DNA of 64,000 bases, from assembly GCA_964304625.1 (NCBI GenBank), contig OZ199840.1:3151189-3215188 (forward strand), in the 5' to 3' direction. Below the pieces are notes generated by a model. The model was not told the origin of the DNA. It searched no databases and saw only the letters and a program-made list of their open reading frames with translations. Position numbers and translations under genes: made by a program. The stretch comes from Kudoa neothunni. Its lineage: Eukaryota > Animalia > Cnidaria. Below, piece by piece: positions 27,978 through 46,019 of the stretch (the first letter of the stretch is position 1; every line of letters starts with the position of its first letter).

Positions 27978-30347
27978 TTATTCGTTATAGGAGACAGTGG
28001 AGGTGAGAGAATTTTTACGGGCTAATAAATAGAAGATAAATTGAGTACAAATTTAAGACACGAAAACATACTTTTTGGTGCACGTTTCCTTAACTTTGAT
28101 GCCGCCATGATGTTATGATTTGGAGTCCATGGGCCAAGACTGTCTGCAGCATAATAATCCATAGGATATTTTCTATTCCATCCAACATTGCCAGTGACAA
28201 CCGAAAGCTCGTAAGTTGTCAAAAGAGGTTTGTGATACGAATCACTCCAATCAATAGATAAACGTGGACAGGCAATTTGAACCCACACATCGATATGATC
28301 ACCAAAATAGAGCAACTTTTGAGGAGTTAGCTCCGAAACAAATATAGTCAATGGGCTGGTTCGATGAGAGTTGATTATCTGTTTTTTCAGATGATTGAAC
28401 ACATTGGTGTTCCCCTGTCGGCCGAGTGTCCCCAAAACTATTCCAAACCTGCCGGTAGATTCGATAGCTTTGTTGATTAGTGTCTCTTGTTTGTCCATGA
28501 GTTTCTCATGATCCAGCACCTCCTTGGTGATCATTTTATTATAGGGATCATACCTAAATGTGATAATGGGGAATCAGATAGGTCGGGTTAGTTTGCTCAG
28601 TGATGACAGATCAAAATCTTACTTGTAGGCGGGAATGTGAGGACTTTGAATCATTAGTGATTCGATATGGAAACGGCCGTCACCAAGGTACCTAAAAAAT
28701 ACACAATAAACAGTTGTATAGGAGTTGAGGAAAAACACTATCTCCACTATAGTGTTGATTCAAAAATGAAAACTATCTATTACAGTATCTCAGTTATATC
28801 GTCAGGCAATGCGGGCGCTGTACAACCAAGCACTTCGCCCTTGGTTAGTGGAAATGCTTGGGGAATCATTGCTTGAAATCCATGTTCCTTCAGTTTAGCT
28901 ACACAGTTCTATGAGTTTAAATATATTATTTGTTTAATTAATCATTCGGTTAACATTAATAGCAGCTGTTAATGGGATTGTAAAGTGCAAGCGAGACTAT
29001 GTTCACAATGCTTGTCTTTTAATTTTAAACACGCAAGGATTTTTTTGCCAACCATCAAATACAATACATGATTAAATTTCTAATTATCTTTGATATAAAT
29101 ATTGAATGTCTGTCTCAAAAAAAAATTCAGAAAGTAGCTATTTGCATTGCAAATAATATTTAATGACTAATTTTTATTATAATTATTTCTGTCCCCTCCC
29201 CCAGAACGAAATGGAGGGAATAAACAAATATAGCAGATTCTAAAAAATTAAATTTGTACACAACTTTTAACTGAGTTGCTGGGATTAAAAATTTTAGGCA
29301 CGCATGCGTACATATAATTGGAGTTAAAATTATCACGCCAAGAGCTTATGCCCCAAATTTAATCCCTAATGTGTAGTTTTTTGTTGCATTGCATTACACC
29401 AGTGTTTAAAAAATATATTATGAACAGAATTTTCGCGATAAATAACGTATGCAAATATACCTAAGGTTAGATATGTGTGGGATAGTAGAAAGACATAAAA
29501 TTAGTGCGTTACTGATTAATATTTCAACGGATATGCGCATGACTAAGTTAAATTAAATTTGGCCGCGTAAACACTTTCAGTCTGTATTGCACCCCAATCA
29601 ACCTCCAACATATTGCACATACATGCAGGTCAGTAGCGAACTGAATAGTGGTTATGCACGCGAAGTACGAATCATCTCTAAAGTTCTTGGCGATTGTGGC
29701 CACAAAATGATCCACATCAATTCTTATTTCCACAAACACATACAACACCTTCGAAAATGGAGTCATATCCAATGGAACTGTGAAACTGTAATTAAAAAAA
29801 AGAGCTTAAATGGGTACCAAGACAGCTGTGACCATAATGAATAATCATATCACATCCGAAAATAGAAGACGTGAAATCATCAATGCAACATGCACCATAG
29901 GACACATCTCCCATAATGACAACTTCCACATTGGCCAATCTATTATATGAAAATTCAAAATGTTGCGTTAGGACAGAATCAACCACGATTGGAGTTACCT
30001 TTCAATAATATCGGCTAGTGTGATTGAAAATAGAATAAGTCCTTCAGGAAACTGTAATGCAACTATTCGAAATGTGTTCATTTGATAATTTACGCGCAAA
30101 ACTATTACCTCTTTTGCAGTTATTCTGCTTAATATGCCATATAGTTTTAGCTACTTCAAAATTGTAGTTATCAGGTAGAAGAGAAAGAGCTTTCAACAAT
30201 TCTGGATTTTGAGAGATATCTGTGGGAATTTGATGCTTACGTCGAGCCTCTAGTCGATTTTCTAATATATTGGAACAAAAATATAAAACCTCGGACTCTT
30301 TCTTTAGCTGTAAGGGTCATTAATTTATGTCGTCTTTTTTCATCCAT
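27978..30347 (-). CDS. DPH1: Diphthamide biosynthesis protein 1 (OVCA1)
   Basis: [73 protein letters not shown]. The three Fe-S cysteine motifs are intact; short GT-AG introns plus one ~700-bp intron. Confidence 0.95.
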
Positions 30348-30639
30348 CTTCGGGGGATATTTATGGAATACCCTAACACCAAAAAAGACCTCGTGATTCG
30401 GTATTTTCTAGGGTTGCCCCATACCAATAAAATTTCGTTTTTTAAAACCATTATATAATGAAGAATAATGTGTCAAATTACATTAAAATGTATCGAGGTA
30501 TCTTTAAATTGACTCTTTAAAATTATTCTTTTATTTTTATAAATCTTTACGCATTTCACCATTGAATAATACAAAAAAATATTAGGTTTGTAATATTCAT
30601 TAGGCTTGCCAATAAAATATCAGATAACGGTAAAGTAAT

Positions 30640-30960
30640 GGGCACCTAAAAACGTCCTCTTTCGTGTGTTTCCTCATAGTTCTTTTTTCACGATTCTTGA
30701 CAATAAAATATAAGAATACGGAGATCAAAAATTCAACTCTACATAATAACTTCAAAATTTTGAGAAAGTTTCATCCTATCGCGGGCGGATACACGTGTAA
30801 TCTCCATCTTTTTCAACAAAAATTGAATCGATCTCCAATTTGTTTTGATAATCATTCATAAATTGGTTCTATTTCATATTTTTTATCATATTAATGCAAA
30901 CTTTACAATATCAAATTTTATTACACAGGTTTTTTAATAACTAATCAACATTTTATTTTT
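30640..30960 (+). repeat. Dispersed repeat, copies at ~44480-44680 (+) and ~45380-45600 (-)
   Basis: Shared cacctaaaa(a)c..cctct...ggacac(g)tgtaatctccat.ttttt.caacaaa...tgttttgataatca block; ORF-track translations of two copies end identically in ICFDNHS. Confidence 0.7.
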
Positions 30961-31649
30961 GATCAAAATTTAATTTCAATAGGGAAATAACTTAGGATAG
31001 ATTATAATAAGTTATCACGTTTTAGGAGGAATTCTAATGTGTGTTTAGCGTAGCATTCGATAAACGTTTAAATATAATTATAAAAAAACGGAAAAACCGT
31101 TATTTCTATAAGATTATTGGTTTTAATGAATTATATATGTACCGCTAAATATAATAACCTTAATTGACATAGTGTTGATATCTTAAAATATTCTGAATAC
31201 GTATATTCTACCGATTTTGTTGTTAGGAAATTTTTGCACATAGAAAAACTTAAAAAACAATCAAAATATAGTTTTAAATTTTTGTTTCAATGTTTTACGC
31301 ATACTTCAAGGGGAAAAAATTAATATACTCATTTTTAAAAATTAGGTTCCAGAATTTTAATAATAAAAACTGAATAATTTCTTAGTTTCTAAAAAGAAAT
31401 TTAATAAAACAAATTATAAACTGAAACAAATCTTATTACATTGGTATCTATATTTGAAAGTTCACAAATATTTTTATTAAAATGAAAAATGAGATGTTTT
31501 CGTGAAATTTGCAAAAAGTTTTTTTTAAAGTTAGTTTATATAAAATTGTTAAATATCACTAGTATAAATCTAAATAGTAATAATAAATAACTTTTGGGGT
31601 GATAACTAAGAAACTAACAAAATAATTCAATGTTTATTGAAAAAAGCGC

Positions 31650-32137
31650 ATTAAAGTTTACGCGGGGCCGAAGGATATTAATTTGTGCAATAAAAATTAA
31701 TTTTCTTGTGTTTTCTTCATCACTATTACGAAATTTTCTATTTTTTATCCCTTAAAAAGTTAGTGGTGCACACATTTTCTGAGCCTGTCCAGAATTTTAC
31801 TTTAAAAATCCCCCTGGCCAAAAAATAACGTATTAGATTGCATTTTAAGATAGTTTAAATAGTTAGAGAACGAAAATAAATATGACACTGACCTTAAATT
31901 ATTTGTTGTTGGTGCCGGGACAAGAAATTGTTTATTAAAAACCAGGATTGACACATTCCTGCACAGAAATGATCATGATTTAAATTTTGAAATCAAAATC
32001 GACGAAGTATGATGCTTTAAAAAAATTTGGGTTGACTGCTTCTATAAATCAATCTGAAACATAATATTTTTTTAATGTTATAAAGAAACGTCTTTATGCG
32101 AAATCTTCCCCAAGCAACACTGGTTAGTTCGCGCTAG
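31650..32137 (+). mobile_element. Helitron-like element, 3' part
   Basis: Internal block shared with 21277-21320 and terminal GCGCTAG|T at 32131-32138; 5' end not located. Confidence 0.45.
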
Positions 32138-33669
32138 TATCTTATAAAAATATGGCAGGCGAACAATTCAATTATCTGATAAAATATATTACTCGTAGTT
32201 TGATGTTTCCATGAATAAAAAATACCAATCTCGCGCTAATATCTTTTTTTGTATTAAATTAATTAGTTATCCATGCAGTGGACATCAAAACATTATTTGA
32301 GAAAATTAATATTTTACAGACCGACAAAACAATCAGTTAGGTTACCTTATTAAATAAAATCAGTAAATTTTAGAGAAAAAAAACTTTTTGTTGAATGACT
32401 AAAAATTTTGGCATAATCTCACTAGAATACAACAAACATCCAAAACGATTGAAATTTAAAATGTAGGCATGCGTAGAACAAGGTATAGGAATTGGTATTG
32501 GTGCAACCTTAGTATTTTCTGTCATAAGGTTTGAATTTAGTTTAATATTTCTTTTAATTATATTGATTAATACGTAACTATTTTAAGAATAACAATTTAT
32601 AGACTATAATATTCAATATTTCTATTTTCCAAATTTAAATGATATTTTATATCTGCATTTTAACATGTTGAAATTATACGAAGCGACTTATTCAAGTGTT
32701 AAACATTAAATTTTTATTGGCGATAAATGCGCGTGCGTGATTAACACATGAAGAAGAAGGACGATAAATAAATTTCTGTTAATTGAATTTTCGCAAAATG
32801 AAAGATATTTTATATATTATTCATCAAAGCTTTTGTAACAATAAGTTAAGAAATTGGGTTTGAGATAATGCTCGTAGGATTCAGATGCAATGGTGCTATG
32901 CGCCATACCGTCTCGAATCTCACCCGCACACGCGCTTTAAATGGACCACAACCGTTAAGATCCACATGCTACAACAAATAGACTGTTATGAGTTGTTTGA
33001 CTTAAATTTCTTATAATAGCTAAACTATTGATAAATTCATTGTATTTTTAAAGCAGGCGCTATTGGCACCTTCAATTTAAAATATTAAACGGCATGTACG
33101 CACGCGCAGTTAAAATTTTAATTCCAACAACTCTTAATCACAAGTTGTATACAGATTTTATTAATTTAATCTTTTATTTTAAATTAATGATGACCGAATA
33201 TTATTAACCATGGCAACAACCAATTTCTATTATTAAACCACACAGAACTTTATAATTATTAGAATAAAAATTTAGTTTTTCAATGAACCTCTTAATAGGG
33301 GTTGAGATAAGTTCGGTTTTTTAATTAGTATATACTAGCTTCTATTATCAATTGATACAGTATTTTAAACAAAGAACGACAAAAGTAAGTTTTTAATCTA
33401 TCACATTTTTAAATATTTTTTGGATGCAAAAGAATTAACAGTGATAATTGAAAATATTATTTACAAAACCGAATTGTCTTAACCCCTACCTCTTAATCCA
33501 TATGAAACAATAGTTTTTCAATATTTCAATCAACCTTGCTTATATTTCATTAGTTCCAAATTTCATTGTAAAATAATCGCTTGATTAGTAGTTATGGTGC
33601 AGTTGTTTAGAACACGCCAAAAAAAGGAAAATAAATATAATGGGTTATGAAAAATGAAACATCAAAAAA

Positions 33670-34212
33670 CTATTTTCTCAACGTTTTCAAAATAATTAAA
33701 AGGGTTTGTAGATTATTTTTTTCTCCCTCCAGTTGGTTTAGATATTCCTCATTTGTGGTGAGAATGGCTTTCTCTTCTAGCTCCAAAAGTTCCAACATCG
33801 ACTTCGCATTGCTAGTTGACGGAAACTGTTGAGCTAACTTGATCATGTTCACGCACTCTTGTTGGTTTACGCGGGACTGTTTTAGTTTTTGTAATTGTTC
33901 ACGGCATTTAATCGCTCGTCGCTTGGTTTCAGCGATATTTTCTCTAATTGCTATGTACAAATGTTCGTTATGGATATTGTTGGCTGTAACGTTGACATTC
34001 TGAAGAGCATCCTTCTTAAATCCAAATTGAATAGCGGTTACAATACCATCAATTTGTTGGAGAAGTTCTTGATCAATTATTCCTTCGTTTTCCGCTTTCT
34101 TATACAACACGTAGAACATTTTGATTACACTGCATATGCGACGTTCATCGCCTATGCCATCATTATCGTAAACAAGTTTTTTATACAGAAATGACTCTCT
34201 TTCGTTATTCAT
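33670..34212 (-). CDS. THOC7: THO complex subunit 7, intronless
   Basis: KKLVYDNDGIGDERRI matches the THOC7 N-terminal (R/K)LLIDGDGxGDDRRI motif, followed by the coiled coil with ...SRVNQQEC; 180 aa fits the family. Confidence 0.85.
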   Translation of the reverse strand: MNNERESFLYKKLVYDNDGIGDERRICSVIKMFYVLYKKAENEGIIDQELLQQIDGIVTAIQFGFKKDALQNVNVTANNIHNEHLYIAIRENIAETKRRAIKCREQLQKLKQSRVNQQECVNMIKLAQQFPSTSNAKSMLELLELEEKAILTTNEEYLNQLEGEKNNLQTLLIILKTLRK

Positions 34213-34246
34213 CGCGCATGCGTCAAAGCTATTCGCGTTGCTCTTT

Positions 34247-35870
34247 ATGATGAAGTGAGTTTTTTTTATTAATAAAATTTATATTTAGAAATTTAACAAA
34301 TTATTTTTTTATAAATTATAAGAATAAGTTGGTTAGACAAAAGGACGGAACATATTTGCTATTAGAGTGTTTTTTATAACTAAGCTAATTAATTTGTTTT
34401 CTTAAGGCTCTAAAAATAATCGGGATAATAATGTAATAGGATAAAACAAAAAATGTATTTTAGCTGATCATATTATTTTTATTTAATTGTGGTGATGTAT
34501 TAAGAAATTATATTTTGTGGCAATCAAAATTTATTTAGTTTATCAACAAGAAATAGTTGTAATCTTTTAAGAGAATTCTATTAATGTTTATAGGTAAGAA
34601 AATAAGCACTAAAAAATTATCCGACCACCAAATTGAATGTTAAAACCCTCAGGAAATTAGGCAATATTGCGCACTATTGAAAATTAATAAAAGCACTGTT
34701 AACTCATTAATTTGTAATAAGAAAAGAATAGTCTTAGTTAAAGTAAAACTGTAGGCACATTAAGTTTAGATTGTGGTGCTTAATTGCAGCTCGGTGAAAC
34801 CAAATTCTGGTTCATTTGTGACTCGGGATAAATGGACTGAAAACTAAGGACTCCAACCAAAATAGTCTTTTGATGTTGACGACACAACATTGGTATTCTT
34901 GTGATAGTAGAAACTTTAAAAATTTACTTCGAGTGCCATTAGATAGCCAATAAATTATTCAGTTAATTATTTGTATTTCTTTATTGATTTTTAATGTGGA
35001 TGAGATCAATATTTTTGGGGAAGTTAGATACGACAGCTTTGCATAGAAACATAAAAAATTGTAATTTAATATATAGTCATTGGGAGGGTTAGAGCTAAAT
35101 TATAATATTCTAAGTGTTTAAAATCAATCTAAAGGTTTCTAAATGAATTTTTGTTAGAAGGAATAATTTAACGAAAAAACTATAAAATGTATAAAAAGAA
35201 ACGATTTTTTTATTTTTAAACAAAACAACAATATAATATTTGAAATAATTTGGTATAAAAATAGATTTGAATCAGATGAAAAACTTGGATTCGCAAAAAA
35301 TATCTAAAATTATCAAATAGCTGTTTGAATAAACATTTTTTGATAATTAATTACTAAAACCTCAAGAATTGTTGTAATACATTTGAAGTTACTCAATTAT
35401 ATTGATACAAAATCGATTTTAAATTAGCATGAGATATTTTCACTATATAAATTCTTTTTTTAAACAAAATTTTTGAGGTTCTTTTATTAATTAGTGATTT
35501 ACGTTATTTTAGTTTTTTCTTAAATGAAAAAATATATCCTAAAAGAAGAAGACTTAAGAATGACCTAATAACTTATATTGAATTATTCCTTCTTAAAATG
35601 AGCAAACAGCTTGATAATCAAGTAGAAAGAATCCAAAAGAGAATTGAAGCAGTTTCAAACAGGTTTATGTATCAGCGAATAAAAACAATAGCACAATTTA
35701 TTCAATTTTTAGCGAATTTTAGATTAGATATAAGACTACAGGCTAAAACCCAACGTAAGCGGTGTGTAGAGCGAGCATCAAAAATATACCAGAATCTTTA
35801 ATTTTATAATTGTGTCTATGGGTTTCAAAAATAAAAGAAAAGTTAATTTTGTTATCACTAGAGATCGATT
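34247..35870 (+). CDS. Unidentified multi-exon gene with C-terminal coiled coil, head-to-head with THOC7
   Basis: ATGATGAA|gtgagt donor, then open exon-like segments NLTNYFFINYKNKLVRQKDGTYLLLE, EIRQYCALLKINKSTVNSLICNKKRIVLVK and DLITYIELFLLKMSKQLDNQVERIQKRIEAVSNRLD bounded by GT/AG. Internal structure not fully resolved. Confidence 0.45.
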
Positions 35871-35888
35871 GAACCAGACCGAGATAAG

Positions 35889-41717
<5,829 letters not shown>

Positions 41718-43886
41718 AATTTGTAATAGTATATAAAATTATATCAATATTGTACTATCTCCAATAATAGCAGCAGTAATCTTATGCTATCTAGATTATC
41801 GACCAACGTCCGCACCCATATTACGAACATTAGTCAACGGAGAAATAGATCATATATATTTTTGGTTAGAATAAGTAGATTTTTAGGTTTTTAAAATTTA
41901 TAAGATCCAACCATATTTATACAATCAATCTGAACCGAATACCAAATCCAACTATCTATACTATCCCACATAGGAACATAGACAAATGTTGGCTTGACTT
42001 AAATTTTAAATTATTAAAACCTATCATAATTGGAATTTTTTGATGGCTCTAGTTAGTTATTTTACAAAACAAATAACCCTTTCAAAGTAATAATCACACA
42101 TTATCGATATACGAATTTATGTGTAAAATTCATAATCTTTTAGATCCACTTAACATGTTAAGCAACACAAAAACATGATTCTTTTAGATATTCTATTCAG
42201 TTTGATGAGTTAAGATTTTTTTATTATCCTTTTAAAAATTTATGTTATTCTTTAAACTGTATTAGCGAATAACGAACAGTTTTAATTCCCGTTTTTAATC
42301 GAAAATTACCCTATCTACCACCTATTTTTTATATAACCGAATTTGACAAATATTGCGAATTAAGATTATAATTAAAATAATCTTTCTTAAACGATTATTT
42401 TTTCTCAGGTGAACTTTTAATGGTATATGGAACTTATTGCGTTAACTCGAAACGATTTTTAACCAATCAATTAGGATTTGTGGGACGTTCATCATTGATA
42501 ACCACTCGTAATCAATGATAATGCCCTCTTTTATAATTATTCAAATCTTATCTCACTTTTCCGAAAGATAAAATTATTTTCGCCTATATAAAATTTTACT
42601 GGGTTTCGGAAACAACTGTTATACCAATTATGCAATATATGCGATGCTATAACTGTGTATCAATTAATCCATTCGTAAATTGTTTTGGATTATCGATAAT
42701 GTTATACGGCTTTATTATCTCGTCGATATCTACGATAAAAAGACTATTTTTATATTTATATAGAGTAAAAAACTTTTATTACACCTTTTTGTGAATTATA
42801 AAAGGGCAGGAAATCGAAATGACGCGTGAAATAACGTACTAAGCCTGCGCGATTACACAAAATATTAATCATTTTGAATATCTTTGTTTATTGTATTTTA
42901 ATGAAAGCAATTGTGAGTTTTTTATTTTCTTTGGCCTAAATAATTCCGATATATCCTCATATAAGAATACATGCCACAAATGTAGTAACATAATCTAATA
43001 CATAATTAATGTGCCAATTAAAGGGAATTAATGATTTCATTAGAATCATGGATAATGTTCGAGAATAGATCATTGGAATATAACTGTTTCTAGTATTAGT
43101 ATCTTTATTTTTGGGTGTTTGGTCTCTTCACCTTTCTCAAAGCAAGTGGCTATTGTTACAGATCGTTATTACAGCAAGTAATCGATTTTCCGTACTTTCA
43201 CTTTTTTTTCTCTTATATATAATTATCAGAGTTAGAACTATTGTTGTAAATTAAGAAAATTTATTTTATGAAATTAAAATTAGAAATTACAAGAAAAAAG
43301 TAATTTAGAAAGATTTTCTCGTAAAAATAGGGAGCAACGATTTTACGTAACTTTTCGGCCTCAACCCTAATTTTCAAAATTCTTTCTTTTGATTAATTAC
43401 ATCAATGATAAAAGTGTAAATAATTTAGACAGAGTAAAGTTCATTATTTTCCATTTTTTTTAATTTGCGAATGAAAGCCGGTAAGGTAAATCTTTCACAT
43501 TCTTTGGCGATTTTGATTTTGTACCTATTTCTGCTTTGAAAACTATTGAAATAATAATATCGAATTGATTTCCTTATGTAAAATAAGTTTGGATTCATTC
43601 AAAAGAAAGATTCTGGAAAAGGGATAAAATAATGATTATTGTGCTGTAGTTTATAATTTATTAGAGGCATTAGAATCAAAATTTTGTTGATAAATTATGT
43701 TTGATTTATTTTAAAGTCATATATATGTAATGTTCATACATACTTCGACTTAATCGGAGATTAGCGAGAACTAATTCCAAACGCGCTTAATTGGTAATCC
43801 TTCGTTTCTATCAGGAATTTGTGTTTACTAAAAACAAAGTTGTGATTTTTATGCAATTAAATAAGTGGTAACTTTTAATTTATAGC

Positions 43887-44378
43887 ATGAGTTCAGACAA
43901 TTCATGCGAAGATATAGAAAAACTCATTGAAGATAATCCAATTGTAGATTAGGAGGATGGTTCTGAATATGAGATATCTGAGTCTGATGTATCCTGCAGT
44001 GGTGATTATGTTACAGATGCTTTTGATGATGAGAACAGTGATGTATCAGCTGATAATGAATTGTGTCACACAAACCGTGACTCAGATTCTGTGCTGGTCG
44101 CTAGATCAGGTATGGAGTGGAGTTTAAGTCGCACTCACACCAAAACTCGCACACATAACTATGTCACATCTCCATCAGGCATCCTTGGTAGAGCAAATAA
44201 TATTAAAACTATTCTTGAAGCTTTTGAATTGTTTATTTCTCAGGATATAATTGATGAAGTTGTTAAATATACGAATAAACATTGCGTTGAAACTGATGGA
44301 ACGAGTCATAATTATAAACACGAACGAAACCATTCGTGCGTTTCTTGTGCGAGGACGGTGATAAAGTATGCGGTGTAG
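43887..44378 (+). pseudogene. piggyBac transposase N-terminal remnant
   Basis: Acidic N-terminus then SGMEWS...EAFELFISQDIIDEVVKYTNKH, typical of PGBD/DDE_Tnp_1_7; in-frame TAG near 43950; truncated before the catalytic core. Confidence 0.75.
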
Positions 44379-44453
44379 CGGACGAGGGTCGAACCCATGA
44401 CCCTCAAACCTAAAAGTGGCGAGACCTTATCACTTGACAATGGACCATAGCGC
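44375..44453 (-). pseudogene. tRNA-Lys(TTT)-like pseudogene or SINE head
   Basis: Minus strand reads TGTCAAGTGATAAGG...ACTTTTAGGTTTGAGGGTCATGGGTTCGACCCT, resembling tRNA-Lys ACTTTTAATCTGAGGGTCCAGGGTTCAAG with a B-box; stems imperfect. Confidence 0.5.
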
Positions 44454-44479
44454 TGGTGCACGATTACGCGCTATTATTA

Positions 44480-45600
44480 ATATGTTGATACACCACAGCG
44501 GCACCTAAAACACCCTCTTGCGAATGTTTTTAGAATTTCTTTTTTCATGATTTTCCATGATAAACTAAAAGAATGTAGAGAGCGAAAAATCAGCTCAAAA
44601 TAATAACTTCTAAAGTTTAAGAATTTTTTATCCGGACGCTGTCGGACGCATGTAATCTCCATATTCTTAACAACAAACACTGAATTTTTTTTGTTTCTTT
44701 CTTAGTTATTAATGCTGAAGTTATTTATTATTACCATTTTGATTTTTTACTCTTGTTGTATAACAATTTCATATGGACTAACTTTAAATTTATAAACTTA
44801 TTGCGTGCCTCACAAGAAGATCTCATTTTTCATTATAATGAAAATACTTTTGGAATTTTAAAAAATAGATATTGATGTCGTACGATCTTTTTTAGTTTAT
44901 AATTTTTTTAATTTAATTTATTGTTAGAAATGAAGAAGTAATTAAATTTTTATTGCTTTGTAAGTTTTTGTGTATGTCAAAATTTAGTAACAACAAATTC
45001 GGGCTAATATACGAATTGAGAATATTACTGAGTGTAAACCTTATATCTTAACTAACGTTATTATTTTGATCGATACGCATATAATTGACTAAAACTAATA
45101 AATGTATAGAAATAACAATTTTTTGAATTTTTATAACAACATTTTTACATTTATCGAATGTTGTACTAAGACACACGTAAAAATTCCTCTAATAAAGTAG
45201 TAACTTCATGTAATCAACCTTTGATTGTTTACCTATTGAAATTATATGTTTATCTAAAATATAGTGTTTATTTATTTTTAAAAAACTCATCAACCCTAAA
45301 AATATTAAGAAAATGCATTTTGAGAGCACGTGGTTGTCCTCGTTTTTAAACTATTTACAATTAAAACCAATAAAAACATGTATAAATAAATCTGATATTG
45401 TAAAATTTATGTTTATATGCTAAAAAATATGAAGAATAACCAACTTATGAGTGATTATCAAAACAAATTAGACAACAATTGAATGTTTGTTGAAAAAAAG
45501 ATGGATATTGCACGTGTGTCCGACAGCGTTCGGATGAGAAATTCTTAAAGTTTAGAAGATATTCGAAAAACATGCACAAAGGGGTGTTTTTAGGTGGCGA
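44480..45600. mobile_element. Element bounded by ~200-bp inverted copies of the 30640 repeat
   Basis: gcacctaaaacaccct... at ~44500 and ...ggggtgtttttaggtggc at ~45580 face each other around an AT-rich core. Confidence 0.5.
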
Positions 45601-46019
45601 ATACTTTATCATTACCAAAAAGATCTTAGATATGAAATTAATATTAAATTTTAAGTGAAGAAAAATATGGGGCATTGAATATAAACAATTACGATCTTTA
45701 TCTTGATTTACTGGAATTTTTGAGATATATTATCTCATGTCATAATTTCTTATTTTATTACTAAATACAAATTTGATATCAGTTTTTTTAAAAGATAATT
45801 AAATTGATTTAGGGAAACAGAACCTCGCTATATAAGTTACGCTATAGTCAAATCTGTCTAAACATTTTTTAGAATGACAAAAATACTTTCAAACCCTAAT
45901 TTTATGTCTAATAATTAGAAGTAAATTTTTTGAGTGGCTAAGTTAGGTCTGTTCAATTTGCTTTTGAGATAATGCAAAATAACACATAACAAAGAGGAGT
46001 GAATTAAATTTACTCCAGA

